A stretch of DNA of 64,000 nucleotides from Octopus sinensis (GCF_006345805.1 NC_042999.1:42718001-42782000), one strand, 5' to 3'; shown: positions 1 through 13,641, counted from the first letter of the stretch. Notes: a model not told the origin generated them from the sequence alone. Numbers and translations: made by a program.

Positions 1-214
1 CCCGACTATCATTATCGCAAGCAACTAAAAAATGGGATATATTTGATACTTTAGTCCTAGATATGTAAAGCTTGAGATAAATGGAACCATCTGATCATAG
101 ATCTGCTCATTTTGAACTGACCTGGGGTTAAATAACACAAAGAATTAGTGGTCCTTTTTATTTTGCTTTTTGTTTTCTCCCTTCTTTAGTTGGGTTTAGT
201 TCTTATTTCTTTAT

Positions 215-437
215 TGCCAACAAGGGGCTAAACATAGAGGGGACAAACAAGGACAGACAAACGGATTAAGTCGATTATATCGACCCCAGTGCGTAACTGG
301 TACTTAATTTATCGACCCCAAAAGGATGAAAGGCAAAGTCGACCTCAGCAGAATTTGAACTCAGAACGTAACGGCAGACGAAATACCGCTAAGAATTTCG
401 CCTGGCATGCTAACGTTTCTGCCAGCTCGCCGCCTCA
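215..437 (-). mobile_element. tRNA-derived SINE, family A
   Basis: Shared body 'gagttcaaattc..gaggtcgactttgcctttcatcc..' with B-box-like GAGTTCAAATTC. Many copies in the window. Confidence 0.8.
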
Positions 438-760
438 CTTCTTAAGCCATGCCTGGACACAACTATCAGTTTTTGTTTGTTTGTTTGTTCTAATTCTTTG
501 GCTCATATTTTAGCCAACAGAGTCAGCATATAAAATGCTCATGTTTCCTTTAATGTTCTTTTATTTGATTCAGTCGTTGGACAGTGGCCATGCTGAGGCA
601 CTGCCTTGAAGGGTTCTATTTGAACAGATCAATCTCAGTATCTATTTTTAAATCTGATATTTATTCTATCAGTTCTTTTGTAAAACTGCTTAATTACGGG
701 GATGTAAATAAATTAACACCAGTTGCCAAGTGGTGGGAGGACAAACACTAACACAAAAAC

Positions 761-833
<73 letters not shown>

Positions 834-869
834 TAGATAAATAGATAGATAGATAGATAGATAGATAGG

Positions 870-1515
870 TGCAGATGTGGCTGTGTGGTAAGAAATAGTG
901 AGTTGACAGAAACGTTAGCATGCTGGGTGAAATACTTAGTGGTATTTCATCTGCCATTACGTTCTGAGTTCAAATTCCGCCGAGGTCGACTTTGCCTTTC
1001 ATCCTTTCGGTGTCGATTAAATAAGCACCAGTTACGCACGGGGGTTGATATAATCAACTTAATCCATTTGTCTGTCCTTGTTTGTCCCCTCTGTGTTTAG
1101 CCCCTTGTGGGCAATACAGAAATAAGAAGCTTACTTCCCAACCACATGGTTCTGGGTTCAGTCCTACTGCATGACACCTTGAGCAAGTGTCTTCTACTAT
1201 AGTCTCTGGCTGACCAAAGCCTTGTGAGTTGATTTGGCAGACGGAAACCGAAAGTAGCCCATCGTGTGTGTATATATATATGTATATATTTAAGAGTGTG
1301 TGTGTGTGCGAGTCATTGTTTGTCATCCTATCATCACTTGACAACCAGTGTTTGTGTGTTTATATCCCCATAACTTAGCAATTTGGCAAGAGACCAATAG
1401 AATAGACACTAGGCTTAAGAAATAAGTCTTGGGGTTGATTTGTTTGATTAAAAAATCTTTTCGAGGCAGTGCTCCAGCATGGCTGCAGTCAAATGACTGA
1501 AACAAGTAAAAGAAT
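870..1515 (+). mobile_element. CORE-type SINE (family B) with a family A SINE nested in its head
   Basis: Head 'gtggctgtgtggtaag' is interrupted about 895-1125 by a family A copy, then resumes with 'cttacttcccaaccacatgg..caccttgagcaagtgtcttc' (CORE-like), a (TG)n linker and the tail '..cagtcaaatgactgaaacaagtaaaag'. Confidence 0.75.
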
Positions 1516-1849
1516 AATTATAATGAGCTTCCACACAGTTTCTGTCTACCAAATTCACTCACAAGGTATTGGTTGGGACTGAACCCAAAACTACATGGTT
1601 GTGAAGTGAGCTTCTTAACCACACAACCAGGCCTGGTCTATATTTACGGTGAATATCTTTTATATATTCCAGGGCTTAATTTTGTTTTTGTTATTTTTTT
1701 TGTTTTTTTTTTTTTTCATTTTCAGTATCCCTAACTGTTGAACCAGCCAGTCTGTGAAAGCTGTTCGACTACTTTGGCGATGTTATCATCATCATCATTG
1801 TCATCATCATATGTATATATGTCTCTTCTATGTTTTAATTATTATAAAT

Positions 1850-2300
1850 TTTCCACTCAGGTGGGAGCCAGTTTCCAACAAAGATACGAGGCTCCCATCT
1901 TTGGGATGTAATTAACACAGATTGCACTTGTAATGTATGAATCAGCCGGTCAATTTCTCTTCCTGAAAACCCGTTTATCCAGATTCTCCCTTAAGCATTT
2001 ACTAGCAAAACCTAGTGCTCCAATTATTATTGGTATGAATATGAATTGTCTGGATATAGCAGCTGGAGGTTTCAAAGCAGTTGTCCACAGACAGCCTCTT
2101 TTCCTTTGATTTTCAAAGAGATATTTATATCTGCATGGCAGCTAACCGCTATGATAGTACATATATTTACCCCTCTGTCCCAAACAACAATATCTGGCCT
2201 GTTATGTTTACATTTGCCAGAAGTTTTGATGAGAATATTCTACTAGTATTCCTTGAGTTTGTGTTCATTTCAGGACAGTCTTTTTTGCAGATGACATTGC
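1850..2300 (-). mobile_element. Decayed RLE-type LINE (R4/Dong-like) endonuclease region
   Basis: Minus translation KHNRPDIVVWDRGVNICTIIAVSCHADINISLKIKGKE...IPIIIGALG shows the PD..D/E..K restriction-like endonuclease pattern, with stops and frameshifts. Confidence 0.7.
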
Positions 2301-2310
2301 AAATCGTTTT

Positions 2311-2341
<31 letters not shown>

Positions 2342-2369
2342 TACATACGTATGTATGTATGTATTTTAG

Positions 2370-2695
2370 TGAAGGTATGTGGCTGAGTGGTTAGTGTATT
2401 TGGCTCATAAATGTAAGGTCGTGAGTTCAAATCCCAGCTGCGCATTGTGTCTTTGAGTCAAGACACTTTACTTCACATTGTTCTAGTCCACTCAGCTGGC
2501 AAAAGTGACCTGTACCAGTAATTCAAAAGAGCCAGCCTCGTCACATTCTGTATTACACTGAATCTCCCTGAGAACTATGTTAAGAGTACGTGTGTCTGTG
2601 GAGTGCTTGGCCACTTGCACATTAACTTCAAGAGCAAGCTGTTCCCGTGATTAAATCAACTGGAACACTCATCATCATAACCAAAGGAGTGCCAG
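2370..2695 (+). mobile_element. tRNA-derived SINE, head H1 + tail X
   Basis: A/B-box-like head 'gtggctgagtggttag..gtgagttcaaatccc'. The tail is shared with the copy at 39999-40382. Confidence 0.7.
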
Positions 2696-2889
2696 TATAA
2701 TATTTTTAATATGTTTAGTGTAGGATAGAGGATAAGGTACATTTAAGATAGCCTTTACAAGCACAAAGGGAAATTTTCATTACACTTCTTAGCATTTTTG
2801 GATGGCAGTTACATGACTGGGTGAAGGGAGATTCTGAATGCTAGGATGTGACAAAGAAATTTTGCAGTAAAGAAGATTTATATGGGTAT

Positions 2890-4050
2890 GAATGACAGGC
2901 CACTTGTTTGGAAAATGTAAGTCACTTTTAGATGAAAGAGAAGCCACTTATGTGGGAAAAAGAGGGCCACTGTGTGGAAAAGAGAGGTCACTGTGTATTG
3001 GAAAGTGCACCAACATATGTGGGAAAGAGACATCATTTGTGTGGGTAAGTGACATCGTTTGTGTGGGAAAGAGACATCATTTGTGTGAGGATGAGACATC
3101 ATTTGTGTGGGAAAGAGATATCATTTGTGTGGGAGAGATATATCATTTGTGTGGGGGAGAGATATCATTTGTGTGGGAAAGAGATATCATTTGTGTGGGA
3201 GAGATATATCATTTGTGTGGGAAAGAGATATCATTTGTGTGTGAAAGAGACATCATTTGTGTGGGTAAGTGACATCGTTTTTGTGGGAAAGAGACATCAT
3301 TTGTGTGGGAACGAGACATCATTTATGTGGTAACGAGACATCATTTATGTGGGTAAGTGACATCATTTTTGTGGGTAAGTGACATTGTTTGTGTAGGAAA
3401 GAGACATCATTTGTGTGGGGAAGAGACATCATTTGTGTGAGAAAGAGATATCATTTGTGTGAGAAAGAGATATCATTTGTGTGGGAGAGAGATATTATTT
3501 GTGTGAGAAAGCAACATCATTTGGATGGGGATGCGAGGACACTAGTTTAGATAAAAAGAACACTATGAGAAAGAGAGATCACTTGAGCAAGAAAAGAGAA
3601 ATTACTTATGTGGGAGAGATAGGCCACTTATGCGGGAAAGAGAGGCCACTTGTGGAAGAAAGAGAGTCACATGTGAAAGAGAGGTTACTTGTGTGAGAAA
3701 GAGGGATGATTACTGTGGGAAAGAGAGGCCATTTGTAAGGGGAGGAGGAGGTCAGTTGTCCATGGAAGGAGAGGTGACTTGTGTAGAAAAGAGAAACCAC
3801 TTTTGTGGGAAGGTGAGGTGACTTGTGTAAGAAAGTGAGACACTTGTGCAAGAAAGAGAAGTTACTTATGTGGAAGACAAGGTCTCTTATGTGGAAAGAG
3901 AAACCATCTGTGAGGAAAAGAGGCCATTTGCATGGAAAGACTAGGCCATTTATGTGTGAGAGAGAGGCCACTTGTTTGTGGAAGATCGGCCATTTGACTG
4001 ATGAAGGCATATCACTTGTACACAAATGTGTGTGCGATAGTTTTTTTGAG
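2890..4050. repeat. About 22-bp minisatellite (gagacatcatttgtgtgggaaa), well conserved 3020-3520 and degenerate on both flanks
   Basis: Repeated units are directly visible. There are no unique spacers, so it is not CRISPR-like. Confidence 0.85.
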
Positions 4051-5089
4051 TGTGAAATATAGGTCATCCGCATTGAAAAAAGTTCGCTTCTGTCTAAAGC
4101 GAAGGGCACACACGTAAGACAATGAAATAATTTTGTGGGAAATATAAATCCACTTGCTTGTAAAAGAGAGGTCATTTGTCAGTGAAGTTAAAGTGAACTG
4201 TATTTAAAAGTAAGGTTATCGTGATGTATAGGAAATGCTATTTCAGTGAGAAAATATTACACTATGTGCATAAAAGAAAAGCATGTATATGATATGAAAA
4301 GTTAAGATCATGTGTCAATGTGAGACACCTGTTTGCAAAATAAAGGCATGTGCATGACAGAGGGGATTGTCAAGAATGAGTTACCTGTAATCAAAAGGTT
4401 TGTGTACATATATACACACCATCTCTCTCCTTCCCTCTATATATATATGTGTGTGTGTGTGTGCGTGTATGTGTGTATGTGTGTGTGTGTGTATGTGTGC
4501 ATCTGTGTATGGATACATATTTATAAATGCATGTGATAATGATGTTGGTGGTGGTGAGGTCGTCATCGTTGTCGTCTTCGTCGTTGTGGTGGTGATTTGT
4601 AAATCTCACGTGAATGCTTTATTAAGGAACGTGTAAAAAGAGACTTATGTCATGCAAAAGAGACGTTTCTTAAGTATGAAGGAGGAAGTCGATTTTGTTT
4701 TTTCTTATGTTTGGTTTTCCTGCATGTGAATGTAGAAATGTTAAGAACAAAAATGAAATGAAACAATTGCAAAATGTGGGTGTCAAACACGAGGTTCAGC
4801 ATTGTAAAGTTCTTTCAGAAACCAAGGGTGGAATATAAGAAGCAGAAAAGAAAAGAAAAAAAGAGAATTAATGTTTAAAAAGAAAAAAAAAAAGGTAACA
4901 AGACAGAAGAAGAAAATATATAGAATTGGGGAAAATAAAAGTGGGCACTTTTCTAGTGTGGAAACAGCATTGATTCAGGAAACAGATGGGTGTAAACAAC
5001 AGTTAGAGAAAAATAAAATAAACGATAATAAAGGAAAATGGAAGACCAAGCTGCACTGCTGTAGCCATAGTGATGTTGGTACTTAGTGT

Positions 5090-5315
5090 TGCTGGAGAAG
5101 AAGGAGAGGAGGAGGAGGAGGAGGAAGGGAGGAGGGGAGATGTGAGAGAGAGACAGAGAGGAGGAGGGGATGTGAGACAGGAAGGAGGAGGAGGTGGCGG
5201 TGGTGATGGTGGTGGAAGAAGAAGAAGAAGAAGAAGAAGAAAATATTAAGAAACAAACAAACAAAAAGAAAGGAAGGAAGGAAGGAAGGAAGGAAGGAAG
5301 GAAGGAAGGAAGGAA

Positions 5316-5360
<45 letters not shown>

Positions 5361-5361
5361 C

Positions 5362-5429
<68 letters not shown>

Positions 5430-5697
5430 AAACAAGCAGAAGTTAAAGAACAAAGAACTGTAACTCATGACAAGTCTGCAAAAGTCATTTGGAAAACCTG
5501 AGGGATTTTTTATATTTTTTATTTTATTATGCTATCTTGGAGAAAGAATATAAAAATAGTTCAATCAACAGCAGCAGCAGCAACATTCTGTTGTTTTTGT
5601 TGTTGTTTTTATATTTATCATTTATTTATTTATTTTGGAAAACGAAAAAAATAATAGAATTTAAATAATAATAATGATGATAATAATAATAATGATG

Positions 5698-5752
<55 letters not shown>

Positions 5753-6310
5753 ATAAATAGTTTTAAACAAAAAACAAAGAAGAAATCAATAAATCAATCG
5801 CAGTGTTATTCTATCAAGATCTGAGAAATCCTGTAAATATTACAGGTGAAAATAAAAGGTATGAAACTAAATAAGTAAATAAATATATGAATAAATAAAT
5901 AAATAAATGAAAATGTAAACAAAAAGTTTAAATTGTTGGGAAAATAAATGCGTAAATAAATAGATAAGGAAAGAAAAAAAGAAAGAAGGAAAGATATGGA
6001 GCTGAAAAAGTGGTGGTAGTGGTGGTGGTGTGGTCGTGTTGCTGATGCTGGCAGTGGTGATGATAGTGGTGGCGGTGGTGATAATGATGATAGAGGAAGG
6101 ACAAGAAGGAAGATAAAAAAAAAAGGTTGAAATAAAAATAAATAGTTGAAAAATAATAAAAAAAAAATGTGGAAAAAAAAACAGAAATACACTTAGAATG
6201 AAAAAAGTAAAAATAAAATGCAATGAAATGAAACAGAAATGAAGAACAGAGGGAGAAGAAGAAGAAGAAGAAGAAGAAGAAGAAGAAGAAGAAGAAGAAG
6301 AAGGAGAAAA
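5090..6310. repeat. Compound purine-rich microsatellites (GGA, GAA, GGAA, GAAA, AAT, GGT)
   Basis: Directly visible. Accounts for the spurious ORFs 4953-5468, 5194-5463, 5806-6192 and 5867-6340. Confidence 0.95.
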
Positions 6311-7254
6311 ACCAGGTAAAAATGAAATCAAAAGATACAAAAAGAAATGGAAAGAATTAGAATATATATATATATATCATCATCATCATTTAACGTCCGC
6401 TTTCCATGCTAGCATGGGTTATATACACACACACATATATAAAAGTGTCAGAATATACACACAAATACATACATATAGACACTCATATATGTGTGTGTGT
6501 GTGACAGTCCAGCCTACCTTTACTAAGAACTGAATAAATAACAAGGAAATTCCATTTACAATCAAAAGAAATAAAATTTATTTTTTATATTTTGAAAGTA
6601 GTTTATTCAACAGAATAGTGTGTGTGTGTAAATGTGTTTGCATACATACATTTGCAGACATACGTACACAGGCATATATAAGTATATATACATATCTACA
6701 TATACACTCACACATAACTGCTTAACATGTACGCATATATTTGTTCACATATACATACATTTGTAAACACACACACGGAAATATAAAAGGTGTACTGTGT
6801 GAGCTAGAAAGGCATGTAATATAAATAAAAGTGAGAATACATGGGAGAGTTGGAAAAACCTCTCATTAGCTACAGGGTATAGAATCAGTGCAGTTTTGAC
6901 ATGATTAATTCCACAGCACTACTCTTCTAAACATGCTGTTGGATAATAAACATCAATGCCATGATGGACGTTATATGACTTAAAATATGGAGGACAACTT
7001 AGTGATGTGTAAACAAATAGATATTTTCACCTATAGACTCAATATGTACTCGATATTGTGGGAAATTCTCTCCACATGACATGGCAAGGGGAACAACAAC
7101 AGCTATACTGTATGTGCAGTGGAATAACATTGTATAATAATTGCATGCTTTTGTAGCATGATGACCTTAATTTTATATGCAGCAAGTAAACAATATCTGG
7201 GCACAAATAAACACACACATATATATGTGTATGTACAATAACACACATACACAC

Positions 7255-7256
7255 AC

Positions 7257-7306
<50 letters not shown>

Positions 7307-7750
7307 GTAGTTAGGTAGGTAGGTAGATAGGTAGGTAGGTAGTTAGGTAGGTAGGTAGATAGATAAATAGATAGGTAGGTAGGTAGGTACATACGTAAGT
7401 ACATAGGCAGGTAGATAGATAAATAGATAGGTAGGTAGGTAGGTATATACGTAAGTACATAGGCAGGTAGATAGATAAATAGATTGGTAGGTAGGTAGGT
7501 ACATACGTACGTAAGTAGGTACATACATACGTAGGTAGGTACATACGTATGTAGGTAGGTACATACGTACGTAGGTAGGTATGTAGATAGGTAGGTACAT
7601 AGATAGGTAGGTAGGTACGTAGGAGGTAGGTAGGTAGACAGATAGATAGATAGATAGGTAGGTAGGTACATACATACATAGGTAAGGAGACAGATAGGTA
7701 CGTACATACGTGGGTAGGTAGGTAGGTAGGTAGGTAGGTAGGTAGATAGG

Positions 7751-7840
<90 letters not shown>
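7255..7840. repeat. (AGAT)n/(AGGT)n/(ACGT) compound tetranucleotide array
   Basis: Directly visible. Source of the YLSI/YLPT ORFs. Confidence 0.95.
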
Positions 7841-7841
<1 letters not shown>

Positions 7842-8114
7842 TGTCCATAAATTAATTTTACAATTTGAAACATTCAGTAAAAAAATGAAAGATAAGGATA
7901 ACTGAGCAGAGTTTATTGGAAATGATAGTTAAATAAATAAAGTTTTATTAGAAACATTAGAACACTTCCATGTGTTTTGATGTTTCTAATAAAAGTTGAT
8001 TGATAGATCTCAATTATAATAGACAAAAATTTAATAGATAAAATAAATTGTGGCAACTTGTAAAGATAATCTAAGAGCACCCTGCATACATATGTATATA
8101 TATATGTGTGTGTG

Positions 8115-8193
<79 letters not shown>

Positions 8194-8561
8194 ATATGTA
8201 TATATATGAAGCCTACAGAAGAGCTGACAAACTTTATAGTGTGTTTTATTTAAAAGTTTTGTATGTGTTATCTTTCTTTATTCTTTGTATTGTATTTTTC
8301 TCAATGGACAATGGATGTTAAATGATGATGATGATGTATTATATATATGCAGTGCTTTCATTCCCAATACTTTCAACTTCATTTACATTAGATAAAGTTA
8401 ATTCCAGCTATGGTTTCATTCTTGTAACATGGTACCACAGCCAAATGTATTCTAGGGATGACCAACCACTTCTGAGTGAAATTGGTTGACAGAAACTGTA
8501 TAGAAGCCTGTTATATATTACATGTATGTGAGTGTGTGCGTGCGTGTGTATATATATATAT

Positions 8562-8593
<32 letters not shown>

Positions 8594-8760
8594 CCTGTTG
8601 CTAGCCCTTTCAATTAGTTTTACTATATATATATATATATATAGGCTCAAAATGTAAAAGACTTTTCCATTTTTCCTGAGCGTCAAACTAATACACTTGC
8701 TTGTTGTTCCTACACCTGTCTTCATCTTTTGTTTTTCTATAAATTTTATATATATATATT

Positions 8761-9040
8761 TTCATGGCTCGGCTTCGCGAACGAAGATCAGGAAGGCTGT
8801 CCACGTCGCGTGCTTGCACGCTCATGACTGACAAGTCCTATATGGGAAAGGCAGGTCTGTGAGCAGTGTCCACAGACGAAGGTAACATCCAGTGTGGTGT
8901 CAGAGGTGGCCAGCGCCTTCCTCCTGCATCTCTTGTCTTTAAGCACTTCTCCTCTTTGCTCCTCAAACTTGCTGACTGTGTTGAAGATCGTGTGGCGCCA
9001 GACATCACGGTTCGCAGCCAGGTCTGACCAGCATTGGTGG
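8761..9040 (-). mobile_element. RTE (BovB-like) LINE 3' end
   Basis: Minus translation WSDLAANRDVWRHTIFNTVSKFEEQRR / KDKRCRRKALATSDTTLDVTFVCGHCSQTCLSHIGLVSHERA is a C-terminal C2H2-type finger typical of BovB-like RTE. Ends in 'atcttcgttcgcgaagccgagccatg'. Confidence 0.7.
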
Positions 9041-9337
9041 TTAATTTTATTTATTAAGTTTTATTTATCACACTGATCATTTTGACACATCCTGCACCTC
9101 TCCCTTATGGGTAGGAAAACTATACAATGAATTCCAATGAACCCCGCAATGTAGAAGCAGGTTATATAACTTCGTTTCTTGTTACATAAGTGATGTTTCA
9201 CTTTTCAGCTTAACTAGAACATGTTGATAATAGTCATATCTAAAATACATTGCAGAGGAATAGCAAGGAATAGATTAAGTTGCTAGACTGGGGATACACA
9301 CACACACAAACACACACACGCACATTATATATGTAAT

Positions 9338-11030
9338 CATCATCATCATTTAACATCCGCTGTCCATGCTAGCATGAGTTGGATGGTTTGACCAGGGCTG
9401 GTAAGCTGGAAGGCTGCACCAGACTCCAGTCTGATTTGGCATGGTTTTCTACAGCTGGATTCCCTTCCTAATGCCAACCACTCTGAGAGAATAATGGGTG
9501 CTTTTACGTTCCACAGGTACGGGTGCCATTTGTGTGACACCAGTATCTGCCATGACTGGGATTTTGCTCAGCTTGATGGGTCTCCTTCTCAAGCATGACA
9601 TAATGCCAAAGATCTTGGTCATTGCCTCCGTGAGGCTCAAAACTTGAAAGGAACTCAACCACTTTGCCTCCGTGAGGCCCAACATTTGAAAAGGATTGAG
9701 CCACTTAGCCCAACACTCAAAAGGCGCTCTTTATGTGCCACAAGCCTTCCTATTTGCTAAGACAGTTCTAGACCTTGCTTCCATACCTGGAACTTCTCTA
9801 GTTCTGGTAGTGATTCAGCAATAAGAACAAGATCATCAGCATAAAGGAGCTCTGTTATTGCCTGGCAGACTATGTTGAGGAAGAGGGGTGAAATCCTTGG
9901 TGAACTCCTATTTGTACCCTGAATTCTTCGCTGTACTCATTGCCAACCTTCACCTTACTGGTAGCATCCCTGTACATAGCTTGTACATCTCTCACCAACC
10001 ACTTGTCTATCCTAGTTTCTGCATTGACGACTAGATAAGGGGTCAGGGGACCGTATCGAAGGCTTTCTCCAAGTCAATAAAGGCCAAGTACAGAGATTTA
10101 TCTTTGGCTATGTATTTCTCCTGCAGCTGTCTTACCAGAAATATAGCACCAGTGGTGCTTCTACCTGGCACAAAACCAGACAGCATCTTGTCTAGGCTAA
10201 CTCTCTCCCTAATTAGTTGGGCTATGACTCTCTCCATAACTTTTATCATCTGATCCAATTTGATACCTCTGTAATTATTTCTATCCAAAGCATCACCTTC
10301 ACCTTTGTAGCAACTGACTTTGGTGCTGCTACACTAGTCATTGGGTATGTCTCCTTTGTGATTTACACTATGGGTGGCTAGACCATTACCTACGAGATAT
10401 TTTAAGCACCTCAGCAGTGATTCCTGATGGGCTGGGAGGTTTCCCTGTCTTCATATCCTTAATTGCTTTATCCACCAAGGAAATGTCAATTTAGATAGCT
10501 GATCCCTCAATTGGGCCAACATTTAGCAGACTCTCCTCTTCCCATTCATTCTCTATGTTCAGCAGTCTTTCATAATGGCATTTCCAATCTTCTTTCTTTG
10601 CAACATCATTAAATGCAAGAAAACCATCATCCATGCAGACACATTTTTCTCCTATGACATCACAATTTTCTCTCACACACTGCCTTACAATACAAAACAC
10701 TTCAGTTCTTTGGTCTTCACATTACTGAGAAAGGGCAAACTTCTTTTCTGCTTCTCCCTTGGCTAGATATTCCTGTCTCCTAACTTCCCCTCTGACTATC
10801 TGATACAGTTTCCTGCTACCCCCACTATTTCAGGATATCCAAGCCTGTTTTTTGCTCTAATGGCCCTGTCTACAGCATCATTCTGCCACCACATTACCCT
10901 TGGTCTAGATGGGACTTCACACCAGCCGCAGATTTGGCTTGTGCCCCTCAGTAAGCTGTCCAGTAGGAATTCCCAGTTGTCTTCTATGTCACAAGTCTGG
11001 GGTGGCTTATTCACAATTTTAAAACCAAAA
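9338..11030 (-). mobile_element. 5'-truncated, decayed RTE-clade LINE with (ATG)n tail
   Basis: RT motifs NYRGIKL, GFVPGRST, LYLAFIDLEKAFDTVP (10043-10288). The 3' UTR ends in (CAT)n on the plus strand at about 9338. Confidence 0.9.
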
Positions 11031-11046
11031 AGCAGAAATATATATG

Positions 11047-12418
11047 TCATTAAAGTGACTAAGGGCATTAATCAGCACTAGTATTGCTAGAAATAAGACT
11101 CTTATTTCTATCAGGTCATCCCATAAGTTCTGTCCGATTTTACCTTTTTTAAAATTGAATGAAATTTAATAGTATTTTAGAATGTCTAATGGAATTTAAA
11201 ATTATTTTTATGCATTTGTGTACATTTAAACTAATTAAATATTATTTTACAGAATAATAGAATTAAAATTTCTTTGATTAAAACCCTTTCTAACATGGAA
11301 GTATCCAAAGAGCAATTAGGGCACATAATACTTTATGAGTACAAAAAAGGAAACTCTGCAGCTGAAGCGACTCGAAACATACACTCAGTTTATGGGAAAG
11401 AATGCTTGAATGAAAGAACTTGCAGAAGATGATTTGCAAAATTCAGAAGTGAAGATTTCAGTCTTGAAGATGAAGATCAAACAGGACGTCCAGTAGAGTT
11501 TGATGATAAGCTCCTTGAGGCATTACTTCAAGAAAATGCTGCATTATCAGTATAAGAATTGGTAATAAAGCTTAGTTCAAACCATACAACTGTTCATCGT
11601 CATCTTCAACAACTTGGAAAGTTTCCTAAACTTGGAAAATGGGTGCCTCATGAATTGTCCAAAAACAACCGCAAATCCTGAGTTGACATCTGCTCTTCTC
11701 TCCATTCTCGGAAACTCATTTCACCCTTTTAGGATAGATTTGTGACTGGTGACGAAAAATGGATCTTCTATCGAAATATTAAATGTTGTAAATAGTGGCT
11801 TAGTAAAAGGGAAAAAGCTCAACTAGAATCGAGAAGGGAACTTCATGGAAAAAAAGTTCTTCTCTCTATCTGGTGGGATTGCAAAGGAGTAATTCACTTT
11901 GAATTTTTACCACCTAATGCAACAATCAACGCCCAGGTCTACTGACAACAATTAGAGCATTTGAACCAAGCTTTGAAGAAAAAAGACCCGTTTTAGTGAA
12001 TCGAAAAGGAGTGATGTCTCATCAGGACAATGCACGACCCTACACTCCAAAGATCACATCAATGAAGATTGAAGAGCTTGGTTGGGAAAAAATTCCTCAT
12101 CCACCTTATTCTCCCAACCTTGCTCCTTCAGACTACCATTTGTTTTGTAGTTTACAGAATTATTTGGGATACATAACTTTTGCAAGCCAGCAGGAGGTCG
12201 AAACTGACATTTCAGAGTTCTTCACTTTGAAACCAAAAGAGTTTTACATTGATGGAAGGAAATAACAGATAATCAGGGAAAGTACATTGATGATTAAATT
12301 TCAATTAAATATAGCATTTGATCACTTGTTTTCTTTATTCAAAATTCGGACAGAACTTATGGGATGACTTGATAGTATTACTGGCATTGATTAGAGCCCT
12401 TAATCACTTTAGTAATGT
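11047..12418. mobile_element. About 110-bp palindromic element split by the mariner insertion (arms about 11047-11110 and 12373-12418)
   Basis: Left 'cattaaagtgactaagggcattaatcagcactagtattgcta' is an imperfect reverse complement of right 'tagtattactggcattgattagagcccttaatcactttagtaatg'. Central hairpin gaaataag-act-cttatttc. Confidence 0.6.
11111..12372 (+). mobile_element. Full-length mariner (DD34D) transposon, transposase pseudogenised
   Basis: 27-bp TIRs tcaggtcatcccataagttctgtccga (1 mismatch) and TA TSD. ATG at 11295 (MEVSKEQLGHIILYEYKKG). Motifs WVPHEL, VTGDEKW, HQDNARP, YSPNLAPSDYHLF, with several in-frame stops. Confidence 0.95.
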
Positions 12419-12660
12419 GTGTGTGTGTGTGTGTGTGTGTGTGATAAGTTAAAAACATATAATATATGTACAAACAGGAAACAGTCACAGAAGGGTGCCA
12501 AATCCACATCAGTTACTGACCTAAGGATCAAATGCAATTTTGCACCTTAACGAGAGAAAGAGATTGACAGACAGAAAGACAGACAGATAGACAGGCAGGA
12601 AGACGGACTGACAGACAGATATACATACATACACACACATATATATGTATATATACATAT

Positions 12661-12855
12661 GTCGCCATGATAGATTGGTTGCCGATACACACATTTTTCT
12701 TCTCTTTTTGTTTTCTCTGTGTCCCTTTCTGTAGAAGAGCATAGGCTCGAAACATAAAAGACTTTTTCTATTCCTGAGCATTATACTAATACATCTGTTT
12801 GTTTTCTACACCACCTATCTTCATCTTTTTTTTTTTTTTCATGAACTCTCCCATA
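12661..12855 (+). mobile_element. Short hammerhead-motif repeat, family A (TA-flanked), CpG-decayed copy
   Basis: Same about 190-bp sequence as 16372-16545 and 44795-44992. Motif ctgtaga-a-gagc-atag-gctc-gaaac at 12729-12753. Confidence 0.7.
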
Positions 12856-13404
12856 TATTTACACACAAACACATATACATGTATGTATATACACATATAC
12901 ATGTATGTTTACATATATACAATTGTAAATGGCTGTGTGTGTGTGTGTCTATGTGTGTATATATATATATATATACACAAAGTTTAGGTTAGTTAAAATA
13001 TGTTTATGACATATATCAACAGCTAGAAGGCAAATTCAGAGCAGTTACTATGGAGAAAGTTTTCTTTAACGGTAAAAAGGTGTAAAAACACCATATCTGT
13101 CCAGTGTCATTGCCTGTCAGGTTTACCAGACATCAATGATTCTAACTCCTTAACCATTATCAATGGGAAATACATAAGAGAGACAACTCTGGAGATCTTA
13201 TCAAAGCATTAACTTTAGCCAAAATACAGTCAACAGCTTTGACTGATTTGTGCTAGGACACTGTCATAGAAATTACTGTAATATTAATGCCAAGCAGTGT
13301 TTAGGTTTGTTAAACTATGTTTGTGAAATAGTTCAACTGCTAAAAGGAAAATTCACTGCAGTTACCATAGTGAAATTTTGTTTTATTGTAGAAAGGTGTA
13401 AAAT

Positions 13405-13417
13405 ATATATACATATG

Positions 13418-13479
<62 letters not shown>

Positions 13480-13566
13480 ATCCAAACAAGAAAACACAAA
13501 AAAAACACAACAACGCGAGGACGTGGAACAAATATATGATGATGATGATGATGATATATATATATA

Positions 13567-13597
<31 letters not shown>

Positions 13598-13607
13598 CAT
13601 ACATATG

Positions 13608-13641
<34 letters not shown>

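Noticed and set aside
3020-3520. CRISPR-like appearance of the 22-bp array
   Set aside because: Units are contiguous without unique spacers, there are no cas genes, and the context is eukaryotic.
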